Assembly: GCA_963727915.1 (NCBI GenBank)
Contig: CAVSID010000001.1
Span: forward strand, 999,210 to 1,063,209
From: an uncultured Chloroflexia bacterium
Lineage (GTDB): Bacteria > Chloroflexota > Anaerolineae > Anaerolineales > E44-bin32
Direction of reading: 5' to 3'
Length of the DNA: 64,000 nt
The notes beneath the pieces are model-generated. The model had not been told where the DNA came from. It saw nothing but the letters and a program-made list of their open reading frames with translations, and made no database searches. Positions 9,198-19,831 of the stretch are shown here, one piece after another (position 1 is the stretch's first letter; each line of letters begins with the position of its first letter). The position numbers were made by a program, and so were the translations under genes.

Positions 9198-10894
9198 CTA
9201 GTTCTCGGGAGCGCCAGCTTCAATCCACTGCCGGACCAGATCTAGTTCATCCTGTGTGAGCTGCGCATAGTGCGGCTTGTCGGCGGATTGCTTGGCGATC
9301 AGCAAGCTGCCTTCCGGATCCCCGGGGACAATGGCCGGTCCGCTGGCACCGCCGGCCAGGGCAGTTGCATATGTGGTCAGGTTCAGGCCCTGCACGCCGT
9401 CCGTGCCATGGCAGGCGCCACAGCGCTCGGACAACATGGGCCCGACCGCAGTCTCCCAGGTGATCGGGGCGTCGGGAGCCAACGTCGGGGCCGCGGGTGC
9501 CGGTGTAGGTAGCTGGGGCATTAGGATCTGCCTCAGCTCGGGGGCGTCGAAGCCGGCGAATTCCCAACTCTGGCCGTGACAGGCGCTGTTGGAACAGAAG
9601 GACGTGTTGCTGGTGCCGCCAGGGTCATCCGTCGAGTGGCAGTTGGCACACGTCCCGTCGAACGCGTCCCGATGGAGCGTGATCCAGTTGGTGTTCTTGT
9701 GCGTCTCGGGTTCTGGCCCGCGGTAGACCTCGATGTCGGCCGTCAGATCGCTTGGACCGGCAACGACAGGGATGGAGTGGCAAAGATTGCACTCCAGGCG
9801 GATGGCCTCACCCTGGTCGTCCAGGTGTTTGCCGTCATGGCAGCGGAAGCATCCCGGCGTGTCCTCGTGGCCGACATTGTTGGGATGGCTGGTCCAGTCG
9901 GTCTTCTGATCCGGGAACACGCTCTGCTCGTACGTCTGGCGAAGCTGGTCGATCGCCTGGGGATGAGCGGCCTTGTTCTGGGCGTAGAAGTCAGGATAGG
10001 CCACTTGGTAGTAGTGGTCGAGGATGCGATGCTGTCCAGCCCAAGGCTGTAATGTTGGTAAGTCTGGTCGAGTGCATCAACGGCGCGCTGCTTGATTTCG
10101 GGGATGGTTGTCGAAATAAGACCCCGCGACAACAACTGGTCGACGCTTTCAGCCGGTGTGTAGACCAGATGAGTGATGCGGTTGTGGCAGGTGATGCAGT
10201 CCATCTCCTTCATGGCCGACGTATCGATGTCGGCCGGCGTGATATCGAGCCCGATCTCTTTATAGGTCGTGACTGTGCCGTCATCGGCCACGACCTTGAC
10301 GTAGGGGATATCCTGCTCCTCCGCGTCGGTGGGCAGGTAGTAGACCTGATTCTCGATATGCCAGTGGATCCCCTTGCCCAAGCCCTCGCGTTCGGTACCA
10401 CCGCCGGTCTTGAGGTTTAGATAGATGGTGTAGGCTGTGTTGTTGACGTCGGTCCCATAATAGTTGATCTGCTTGAAGGTGTCGTCCGAGAACTTCTCGG
10501 GCGAATGGCAGCGCTCGCAAGTCTCCCGGGCGGGCCGCAGGTCGGCGGCGACGATCGGGTACTCGTAGTTCTGGGAGATCGTGTCGATGACGTGTTTGAC
10601 GTCTCCGGCCTTGCGGGTGAAGCGGGTGGCGAAGAAGCCGCGGCCAATGTGGCATTCAACGCACTGGACGCGGGCGTGGGGCGACACCAGGTAGGCTGTG
10701 TATTCGGGCGGCATGGAATGGCAGGCTGTGCCGCAGAACTCTGATGAGTTGGTGTAGTCCCAACCGTAGATCGCGCCGGTCAGCAGGAGGACGGTGAGGA
10801 CACCCAGAAGTGCATAGGGCAAAACGCGCAGCCAGGTAGGGGTACCTTCTGGCGGAAAGAAGAACCTTCCCAGTCTCTGGAGTATCCGCTTCAT
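9198..10894 (-). CDS. Extended NapC/NirT (NrfH-like) multiheme cytochrome with C-terminal monoheme domain (frameshifted near 10020)
   Basis: N-terminal TM, YTNSSEFCGTACHSM, CVECH, CERCH, CITCH, then CFRCH, CNLCH, CANCH, CSNSACH, CGACH (9 motifs). Confidence 0.85.
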
Positions 10895-10910
10895 TCCCGA
10901 TCCACCTCAA

Positions 10911-12068
10911 TCACTTTTCCGGCGCGCCGTTGCTGATCCACTCACGTATGTATTGAAGCTCATCTCCGCTCAGTTGACCGGGGTGACCTCCGGCGGCCTG
11001 AAGGCGGACAAGTTCGCTGTTATCCGGTTCATTGGGGATGATCACAGCGCCTGAGGACCCGCCCTTGAGCGCGCCGGTGTAGGAGCCAAGATCCAAGCCG
11101 CCCATGCTGGAGGCGGGGCTGTGGCAAGCGATGCAACGCGTTTGGAAAATGGCGCCGATCCCATCATCCCATGTGGTCGGCCGCTCGGCCGAAGCGGTCC
11201 GGGTGGGGAGCGCCGTCGGGAAAGGTGTGGCCGTGAGCGGGGCGTAGATCACGACGTCTTCCGCCGGCGGGATGGTGGTGATCGCCGTCTGCTCAAAAGT
11301 GGCGAAGAGATAGATACCGATGATAAGCGCCACAGCGACCACGCTGTAGACTGGCACGAACACGCGCATCCTGGCGCGCCGCACGGATGGTTCGAGAGGC
11401 GCGTCAACCCGGCCGGCTTGCATGTCGGCCAACTCGAGGGCGTGTTCATCGAGCATTTCCTCTTCAGTGAGGTAGCCGGTGAACATGCTCTTGTTGAAGT
11501 TGCGAAGATGGACATGGTAGATGTGCCAGACGATGATCGCAAGCACAGCCAGCAAGGCTTCGTAGCCGTGGGCCGACTTGGCCGCGGGGATGATCACGCC
11601 CGGGAGGAGCTTGGCTGAAGCAATCGGATTCCACATCAAAAACCCGGTGATGGCCATCACGACCACACCCCAAACAACCGCCCAGTACTCGGCCTTCTCC
11701 TCAAAGCCATAGCGGCCCTGTGCCGGATGTTCTTTGGACAGGCCGAGGTTGAAGAGCAGTGTGTTCCATGCTGCTTGCACGTCGGCCAGGGTGGGGAACA
11801 TCGTGGGGCGGACCCTGAGGACGAAGACGCGGTAGCCGACGACGCCGATGTGGTAGACGACTTCGAGCATCAGCACGATGGCGGCAATGTGGTGAACGGT
11901 GCGGGTGTTGACGATGCCACCCAACACCCCGACGATCGATTGCGACACACCACTTAGCGCGTATTTCTGAACCAAACCCGTGATCGCCAGCGTGGTGAAG
12001 CTTAAGGTCAGGACCCAGTGCTCGATCCGGTAGGCGAGAGGGAAGCGCAGGTAGCGTTGCTCACTCAT
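10911..12068 (-). CDS. Di-heme cytochrome b (FdnI/HydC-like) with C-terminal monoheme cytochrome c domain
   Basis: RFPLAYRIEHW...ITGL...HHIAA...RYGFEEKAEYWAVVWG...AHGYEALLAVLAIIVWHIYHVH, Pro/Thr linker, CIACH. Confidence 0.88.
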   Translation of the reverse strand: MSEQRYLRFPLAYRIEHWVLTLSFTTLAITGLVQKYALSGVSQSIVGVLGGIVNTRTVHHIAAIVLMLEVVYHIGVVGYRVFVLRVRPTMFPTLADVQAAWNTLLFNLGLSKEHPAQGRYGFEEKAEYWAVVWGVVVMAITGFLMWNPIASAKLLPGVIIPAAKSAHGYEALLAVLAIIVWHIYHVHLRNFNKSMFTGYLTEEEMLDEHALELADMQAGRVDAPLEPSVRRARMRVFVPVYSVVAVALIIGIYLFATFEQTAITTIPPAEDVVIYAPLTATPFPTALPTRTASAERPTTWDDGIGAIFQTRCIACHSPASSMGGLDLGSYTGALKGGSSGAVIIPNEPDNSELVRLQAAGGHPGQLSGDELQYIREWISNGAPEK

Positions 12069-13245
12069 CGTTCTGACCTCGCCTGTGCCGACGAATTCGC
12101 TTGAAACCGTCTAATACCACGAACAGGGCCATGCCCCCAATCAAGGTAGGGATCAGGGTCTTGTAGAATAGGTTCACGTAGTAGACGAGTGCCGCATGCT
12201 CCGGGGTTGGCCGGTAGTGGCTCAGCCAGGCCGCAGGGAAGTTGGTCGTGGCGTCCGGGTGGCATTTTTCGCACGTTCGTAGCAGGTTCTGCTTGATAAC
12301 CGGGCTGTCGGGATTGCTCACACTTTGAATGTCATGCACGCCGTGGCAGTCGATGCAGACCGGTGTGTTGGGCTCCTGCCCCGGCGTGACCGCCTGGAAG
12401 AGCGTCACGGTGGTCCCATGGAAGTCGGCGACATACGTCCGGAAAACGTCGGTGCTGATGCCGTACTTGGCCATCAGGTTTTGGTCGGCGTGGCACTTGG
12501 CGCAAATTTCGGGCGAGAACAGCCGGAAGGGGCTGTTGGATGGCCCCTGCACCGAGTGAACCTCGTGGCAGTCGATGCAACTCGGAACGTCCGGGTTGCC
12601 ATTACCTATCAAAGCCGCTCCGTGCACGCTGTCTTTGTATTGAGCGTAGATTTGAGAGTGGCATTTTTCACATGTTTTCGGAATGCGGCTGCGGGGCTCG
12701 TCGGGCGGTTGGACGTCGTGCGCTCCGTGGCAGTCGGTGCATACGGCGGCATCCGTGTTGCCGGCAGCCAGTGCCTTCTGATGGACGCTGTCCAGGACCT
12801 CCTGGAACATGGTGGGATGGCAGGCCTGGCATGACCGATACAGCGCCAAGGTCAGCTCGCGGTGCGTATGGGCCTGAATCGGGGGGTGGGGATAACCTGT
12901 GATGTCGGTATGGCACTGGACACAGGCATAGCCCATCTTCCCGTGGACCGAGTTGTCGTAGACATCTCGGTCCACTGTCAGGTACAGAGCCTCCCCGGAG
13001 GGCAGCGTGGTCTGCATCCCCGGCGTGGCGTGACAGGCAAAGCACGCGTCGTTGGATGGGGCCTGAGCAGCTGGTGCCGGCTCGGCCGGTGCAGCGCTGG
13101 CTGGCTTCATTCCAAGGGTGACGGCGCCGACGAGCACGGCGAGGATGGCGACGCCGGCAAGACCCCAAACCCAGCGGCGACCAAAGCGACGTTGAGGGGG
13201 TGGGGCGAAGGCCCGCTGTCTGGGTGCGATGTTGTGGCTCGTCAT
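12061..13245 (-). CDS. Nonaheme cytochrome c with signal peptide and C-terminal membrane anchor (CbcL-like heme domain)
   Basis: Nine motifs: CFACH, CVQCH, CQACH, CTDCH, CEKCH, CIDCH, CAKCH, CIDCH, CEKCH. Signal ends ...KPASA. C-terminal TM. Overlaps the start of the cytochrome b gene. Confidence 0.9.
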   Translation of the reverse strand: MTSHNIAPRQRAFAPPPQRRFGRRWVWGLAGVAILAVLVGAVTLGMKPASAAPAEPAPAAQAPSNDACFACHATPGMQTTLPSGEALYLTVDRDVYDNSVHGKMGYACVQCHTDITGYPHPPIQAHTHRELTLALYRSCQACHPTMFQEVLDSVHQKALAAGNTDAAVCTDCHGAHDVQPPDEPRSRIPKTCEKCHSQIYAQYKDSVHGAALIGNGNPDVPSCIDCHEVHSVQGPSNSPFRLFSPEICAKCHADQNLMAKYGISTDVFRTYVADFHGTTVTLFQAVTPGQEPNTPVCIDCHGVHDIQSVSNPDSPVIKQNLLRTCEKCHPDATTNFPAAWLSHYRPTPEHAALVYYVNLFYKTLIPTLIGGMALFVVLDGFKRIRRHRRGQNDE

Positions 13246-13545
13246 TGGCAGGTCCTTGCGGACAAGAATCGTCGGCCAACCCTTCAATGGGTGGGTTAGG
13301 TCGAACTCTTGTCCGAATGAATTCTCACAGCAAGCTTCGGCTGTTGCATGTGAGGGCTGTCCTCCGGCCAGGCGATAAATGTCACCTATCCACATGTACG
13401 CAGGTGCGAAGGCAGGCGGCAGCGCTCATGAGCTAGCTGGGTTGGATATTCTGAACCGAGGCGGGGCTTGATCCCCTCCCCGGTGCGAGGGGTCGAATGG
13501 AACCCGGTGCGATGACATTCGTCCCCCCCTAGCGGGTAGGGATGA

Positions 13546-13554
13546 TGATAGAAT
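13546..13554 (+). promoter_or_regulatory. Extended -10 promoter element for the ccm operon
   Basis: TGATAGAAT (TGn-TAnnnT) about 40 nt upstream of ccmE, followed by RBS aaggagg. Confidence 0.5.
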
Positions 13555-13593
13555 GCCCCTAGTTTTCTCGAAGCCCTGAAGGAGGGGCAGATT

Positions 13594-14106
13594 ATGGACG
13601 GATCGGTATCTCAGCCCAAGCGGCGTGCCACGGGGAAGACTAAATTTCTGATCGGCGGCTTGCTCATTGCGGCCGCGATCATTTATCTAATCACGTCGGC
13701 AACGCAGGCGGCGGCTCAGTACTATATGACGGTGGACGAGCTGGTGGCCCAGGGCCAGACAGTCAGCGACCGCGATGTGCGTGTCTCAGGCGCCGTTGAT
13801 GGGAGCACGATCGAGTACGACGCCAAGTCCCTTACGCTTCGTTTCACGGTGGCCGATGTCACCGGCGACATAAATGAAATCGATGCGCGAGGTGGGCTGG
13901 CCAAGGTGCTCCACGAGGCGGTGGCCGACCCGAATACCACCCGTCTCCAGGTCGTATATGAGGGGCCAAAACCCGACTTGCTGCGCAACGAAGCGCAGGC
14001 GATTATGACCGGTCGGATCGGCCCCGACGGCGTCTTTCACGCAGACGAATTGCTGCTGAAGTGTCCATCCCGCTACTCCGACGAGGTTCCGGCTCAGAGC
14101 GGCTGA
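13594..14106 (+). CDS. ccmE: Cytochrome c maturation heme chaperone CcmE (CxxxY variant)
   Basis: YYMTVDEL...VRVSGAV...VVYEGPKPDL...G...FHADELLLKCPSRY. Confidence 0.9.
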   Translation: MDGSVSQPKRRATGKTKFLIGGLLIAAAIIYLITSATQAAAQYYMTVDELVAQGQTVSDRDVRVSGAVDGSTIEYDAKSLTLRFTVADVTGDINEIDARGGLAKVLHEAVADPNTTRLQVVYEGPKPDLLRNEAQAIMTGRIGPDGVFHADELLLKCPSRYSDEVPAQSG

Positions 14107-14244
14107 GCCGTATCGACGCTCACCGTTCAGGACATCTGGCAGGGATGCCTCTGGTGAAGGCAAAGCTGAACGCCTGATCATCTGGCCGGTATGGTCGACT
14201 GGTGATCGGCAACGGGTGCTGACTGGTCTTGGGAGGGTTGTGAG

Positions 14245-16303
14245 ATGTTAGCTGACTTGGGTTACTTCGCCGTGGCGATCACCTTCGCCGCGGCGCTTTA
14301 CGGCGCTGGGGCAGCGGCCTACGGCGCCATCCGAAGGCGGCCAGCATTCGTGGAAAGCGGCCGCCGGGCGATGCTGCTCACCTGGCCGCTGATCACCGTG
14401 GCCGCCCTTTCGCTCATCGGACTTCTCCTCACCCGCCAATACCAAGTCGCGTACGTGGCATCCGTCACCAGCGACAGCATGCCGACCTACCTGAAGATCA
14501 CCTCCTGGTGGGGCGGACAGCAGGGCTCATTGCTCTTCTGGTCGTGGCTGATGGCCGGTTTCACCACCGCCGCCAGCCTGCGCAAATGGGATCGGGACCG
14601 AGAGTTTCTGCCCTGGGTGATCGTGATCACGATGATCACGTTGGCCTTCTTCCTGAGTCTGATCCTGTTTTTCGAAAATCCCTTCGCCCGATTGTGGCAG
14701 ACCATTGACGGCCAGCAGGTCACAGCGCTGTTCCAGCCGGCCGGAGCCGTGGCGCTCCATCCGACGGACGGGAATGGGCTCAACCCGCTGCTTCGGCATC
14801 CGGGGATGATCATCCACCCGCCGATGCTCTATCTGGGTTTTGTCTCATCGGTCATCCCTTACGCCTTCGCCATGGCAGCGCTGGTTACCGGCCGCTCCGA
14901 TGACCGTTGGATCCGGCTAACTCGCCGCTGGGCATTGGTGGCATGGCTGTTCCTGTCCTTGGGGCTGATCCTCGGTGGCCGCTGGGCATATGACGTGCTC
15001 GGCTGGGGCGGCTACTGGGGGTGGGACCCGGTGGAAATTGCCGCCTTCATGCCCTGGCTGACGGGCACGGCCTTCCTGCACTCGGTCATGGTTCAGGAAA
15101 AGCGCGGCATGCTTAAACACTGGAACATGACCCTGATCATCATGACTTACTCGTTGGTGATCTTTGGCACCTTTCTTACGAGATCGGGCGTCCTGTCTTC
15201 GGTGCACGCCTTCGCGCAGTCCTCCATCGGCCCGATGTTCTTTGGTTTCATCAGCCTGATGCTGGTCGTGTCTGTGTCTCTGCTGATCCGCCGCTGGCGT
15301 CATCTTGGGGGCGAAAACGAGCTGCAATCTTTCGCCTCGCGTGAATCGTTCTTCCTGGTGAACAACCTTCTATTCATGGGCATCGCCATCATCTGCCTGT
15401 GGGGTGTGCTGTTTCCGATCATCTCCGAGCTTTTTACCGGCCAGAAGGTGACCGTCGGCCCACCCTTCTACACCCGGGCCACGGCCCCGCTATGGGTCGG
15501 CTTGCTCCTGCTGATGGGCATCGCCCCTCTGTCGGCCTACGGCCACTCGACGTGGAAGACGCTCGGCCGTTCGATCTGGAAACCGCTGGTGGTCTCGCTC
15601 AGCGGTGCTCCCCATACTATTTGTGAATTCTGTCACAAATCCTGCCGCTCTGCTTGGCTATTGGCTGGTGGCTTTCGTGGCCTGTGTCACCCTATTTGAG
15701 TTCTGGCGCGGGGCCCAGGCACGACACCAACGCCATGGGGAGAACTTATGGCGAGCCCTCAACCGATTGGTCGGGCGCAACCGGCGCCGCTACGGCGGGT
15801 ATATCATCCATTTAGGGGTGATCGTGATGGCGCTGGGGATCATCGGCAGCCAAATGTTCCAGCAGCAGACCCAGGCGACCTTGGCCCAGGGTGAACAACT
15901 GACTCTCGGTCCCTACACCATGACCTACAACTCCTTGGCTGAGTTCAACACGGATGACGGCCGGCAGGTCGACCGCGCCGTCGTGTCGGTGTTTCGCGAC
16001 GGTAAGCCGGTCGGCGAGCTGCATCCGCGGCGGGACTACTACTTCGCCGCCCAACAGCCGATGACCATCCCTGGCGTGCGTTCTTCGCTGCAGGATGACT
16101 TCTACGTGATCCTGGTGGGATGGGAGCCGATAGCCAGCCAGGGCGCCACCTTCAAGGTCTACCTCAACCCACTGATCAACTTCGTGTGGTTGGGTGGATT
16201 TGTGTTCATCTTCGGCACCATTGTTGCCGCGTGGCCGGATCCTGATCCTCAGGTCGTGCGACGCCGGTTGAAATCCGGCCGTCGGGCCATGGCCAGGACA
16301 TGA
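14245..16303 (+). CDS. ccmF: Heme lyase CcmF (frameshift near 15605)
   Basis: WGGQQGSLLFW, GNGLNPLLRHPGMIIHPPMLYLG, WAYDVLGWGGYWGWDPVE, FLTRSGVLSSVHAFA. C-terminal YGGYIIHLG...NPLINFVWLGG. Confidence 0.95.
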
Positions 16304-16798
16304 CCGGACGACGGTCTTTGAGACTGGCTCTTGTGGGGGGGATGGTCGCTGTGTCTATCTCCCTGTTTGTCGGCCTCACGGCGAGTGCGCAGCCGCCCAC
16401 CCCTTCGGACAACGACGTCAATCACGTCGCCTCTCAGCTCTACTGCCCGGTCTGCGAGAACGTCCCCTTGGACGTTTGTCCGACCCAGGCTTGTGCGCAG
16501 TGGCGCGAGTTGATCCGCGAGAAGCTGGCAGCCGGCTGGTCAGACGACGAGATCAAGCAGTACTTCGTGACCCAATACGGCGATCGCGTGCTGGCCACGC
16601 CGCCTGCCCACGGCCTCAACTGGCTGGTGTACGTGCTCCCGCCGGTGGCAATTCTCATCGGCGCCGGGATCCTGGTATGGGTTCTCAGAAGCTGGCGGCG
16701 TGAACCCGTCCCCGAGGGAGAGGCGCCAGTGGTCAACGAGGATCCCTATGTTCGTCAAATGGAAGAGGAACTTGCAGCGCCGAGAACGGGGTGGGTGA
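16300..16798 (+). CDS. ccmH: Cytochrome c maturation protein CcmH
   Basis: LYCPVCENVPL...RELIREKLAAGWSDDEIKQYFVTQYGDRVLATPP, then TM. The 3' end is uncertain because of a probable indel. Confidence 0.88.
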
Positions 16799-16813
16799 TG
16801 CCCCGGGCGCAGG

Positions 16814-17422
16814 ATGATGACCATGGTAGAAAAGACTGCGATCGAACAAAGCCAAGGCACTGAAGCGATGGCGGAAGAACCACAAGCCGGCCGTCGGTTC
16901 ACATGGGGAACGGGAGCAATCTGGCTCCTGGTCCTGGCCTTTCTCCTGCTCCTGTTCTTCGGCCTTCGTCGGACCCAGCAGGGCCCGGTCCAGCCGGGCG
17001 CTGCCGCGCCGCAGTTCAGTCTGACCACCTTCGACGGTCAGACACTTGACACGGCCCAGATGCGTGGGCAGGTGATCGTGGTCAACTTCTGGGCGTCGTG
17101 GTGTGTCCCCTGCGAGCAGGAAGCCGCCGAGCTGCAGCAGGCCTACGAGAACTACAAGGACAAAGGTGTCGTGTTCGTGGGTGTGAACTACGTCGACACC
17201 GAACCCGAGGCACGGGACTACATGGCCCGCTTCGCCATCACCTATCCCAACGGCCCCGACCTGGGGACCCGCATTTCGCAGGCCTATCGCATCCGCGGGG
17301 TGCCAGAGACCTACATCATGGGCGCCGATGGAAACCTAGTTGAAGCCAAAATCGGACCGTATGCCTCGCTGGACGAGATCCAGGCAAGTCTCGATCGGGC
17401 GCTGGCTGCCACGGCCGAATGA
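16814..17422 (+). CDS. ccmG: Thiol-disulfide oxidoreductase CcmG/TlpA family
   Basis: N-terminal TM, VVNFWASWCVPCEQE, YRIRGVPETYI. Located inside the ccm operon. Confidence 0.85.
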   Translation: MMTMVEKTAIEQSQGTEAMAEEPQAGRRFTWGTGAIWLLVLAFLLLLFFGLRRTQQGPVQPGAAAPQFSLTTFDGQTLDTAQMRGQVIVVNFWASWCVPCEQEAAELQQAYENYKDKGVVFVGVNYVDTEPEARDYMARFAITYPNGPDLGTRISQAYRIRGVPETYIMGADGNLVEAKIGPYASLDEIQASLDRALAATAE

Positions 17423-17501
17423 TCTCGGACTCCGCCCGAGTATGCCGAAGATGGACAGGCCGACCCTCCGACACGCTCCCCCACCACGCAGGCATTAACC
17501 C

Positions 17502-17994
17502 ATGACTTCTTGGATCGGCTCTCCTGATCATCGCTTTGTTCTTGTTCGTGGTCGCGTTCGTCGCCCGTCCCCTCACCACCGGGGCCGGACTGCATGTAAC
17601 GGAGGCCGAACGCCATCTCTCCGAGCTCCTGGCCGCCCGGGATCACACGTTGTCAAGCCTGGCCGACCTTGAGATGGACAACATTCTGGAGAAGATCCCT
17701 CCCGAAGACTACGCCGTCCAGCGCGCCCAACTGTTGCAGGAAGGGGCCGAGATCCTGCGGCAGATCGACGCCATGGCGGACGAGGGGTTTGCTGAGGCGG
17801 CGGCCGTCGTCGATTCCCGTGCCGACGAGCAGGACCCGGAAGCCCAGTTGGAGGCGGCCATTACCCGCATGCGGTCTGGCGGGGAGGAACCGGCCGGGGG
17901 ATTCTGTCCACAATGTGGCGAACCGGTTGTCCCCAACGACCGGTACTGTAGCCATTGCGGGGCGGCGCTGACGGTGGAGGGGACCCACGCGTGA
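17502..17994 (+). CDS. Membrane protein with CcmI-like N-terminal motif and C-terminal zinc ribbon
   Basis: TM, LADLEMDNILEKIPPEDYAVQRAQL, FCPQCG...YCSHCG. Start uncertain (probable indel near 17510). Confidence 0.7.
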
Positions 17995-19831
17995 AGAAGT
18001 CGTGGATCGGCCTCCTTTCCCTGGCGCTGGCCCTCTCCGCCTGCACTTTGGCCGAAGACGTCACGCCGCCGCCCGGTTATCAGGCCACCCAGGCGTCTCT
18101 CCCCACCAGCCCGCCCCCTCAACCGGTCAACGTCGTTCCGGCTGGGCCGCCCGAATCCATCCGCTGGCCAGGCGATCTATGCCGAGCGGTGTGCGCCATG
18201 CCATGGGGATCTTGGGCCGAGGCGACGGTCCACAGGCAGCGCAGCTCCCCAATGAGCCCACGCACCTGGGCGACCCGTCCGTGGCGCGCGAAGCCGTTCC
18301 GGCGGATTGGTACCAGGTCGTGACCCAGGGTCGGCTGGACCAGATGATGCCGCCTTTCGCCAGCCTGACCGATTCTCAGCGCTGGGACGTCGTCGCCTAT
18401 TCGCTCAATCTAAGCGTGTCGGCGGACGACCTCGATCTGGCACAGCAGGCCTACCAGAACGCATGCGCCAGTTGCCACGGACAAGACGGGAGTACGCCCA
18501 CCGCGAGCGTGACCCTCTCCGATCCGGGTTGGATGGCGAAACAATCCCAGGCATCCCTGGTGGCAGCCATCAGCCAGGGATCGGGCCAGATGCCGGGCTT
18601 CTCCGACCGTCTGAGTGAGACAGAGCTGTGGGCCATGAGCGCCTATGTCCGCCAATTGGCCTTTTCCTCTGCGGCCGAGGTGCCACCGGTGGCCAGCGCA
18701 GGAAGCGAAACAGCGACGCCGTCCAGTGGGCAGACGGCCTCCATTGTCGCCTCGGTGTCGATGGGTTCCGGGTCCAGCCAGGCCGAGCCGCCCGCAGATC
18801 TTGAGGTGACGCTGCATGGTTTCGACGGCCAGCAGGAAGTGGTCACTCAGACGGAAACGCTCGGCCCAAGCGGGACGGTGAATTTCCCGGATATCGAGAT
18901 CGTCACTGGCCGGCTCTTCATTCTCAGCACGGAATTCCAGGGCGTGCGTTACACGTCGGACGTCTCCCATCTGACCGATGCCGGCCAGACACTCCAACTG
19001 CCCCTGACACTCTACGATTCAACCAGCGATACCAGCGCCGTGAGCGCTTCCAGGCTTCACGTCCTGCTGGATTTCCCATCCGATGGCGTGATGCAAGTGA
19101 TCGAGCTGTGGGTGCTTTCAAACTCCGGAGATCGTACGGTTATGCCGACCGACTCCGGCGGATTGGTCTTCTCACTGCCGTCCGGCGCCAACGACATTGC
19201 CTTCGAAGACAACAGCATCGCGCAACTGGCGACGCGCACCAGCGATGGTTTTACCCTGGCGATGCCTTTGCGGCCGGGGCAGGAGTCGGCGCAGCTTGTG
19301 TTCAGCTTCAACCTCCCCTACCAGGGCGGCGCGGATTTCCACCAGCCTTTGCCGTATCCTGTGGACGGGGTCACGGTTCTTCTCCCAGACGGTGGCCCGA
19401 CGGTCAAGGGTGCCTCGGTGCAGGACCAGGGCGTTCAGGATCTGGGCGGCCAGTCCTACCATCAATACAACCTGCAATCCTTCGATGCGGGCGGGGCGAT
19501 CGACATGCAGGTGGCCGGACGCACAGCGCCGCTGGTCTCGCTGGGGAGCAACTGGCAGAGCCTCGTCCTGGGCGCGGCGGCGTTGGTCTTGGTCCTGGCG
19601 GGAGTGATCGCCTGGTATCGGCCTTCGCTGCTGGGATTCGGCGCCGTGGAGAACGACGAGAACGATGAAGACGGAGAGTCGGATGAGGACGACCCTCTGG
19701 CGCTCATGGCGATGATCGCCCAGCTCGACGATGCCTTCGAGGCAGGCGACATCGAAGAGCAAGACTATAAGCGACGCAGGGCCGTTCTCAAGCAACGTGC
19801 CCTCGAGGCGATGCGGGCCGAAGATGATTGA
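17991..19831 (+). CDS. Diheme c-type cytochrome lipoprotein with beta-rich domain and C-terminal TM (frameshifted)
   Basis: Lipobox LALSAC. ERCAPCHG is hidden in a shifted frame near 18190, followed by CASCH. C-terminal TM then LDDAFEAGDIEEQDYKRRR. Confidence 0.78.
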
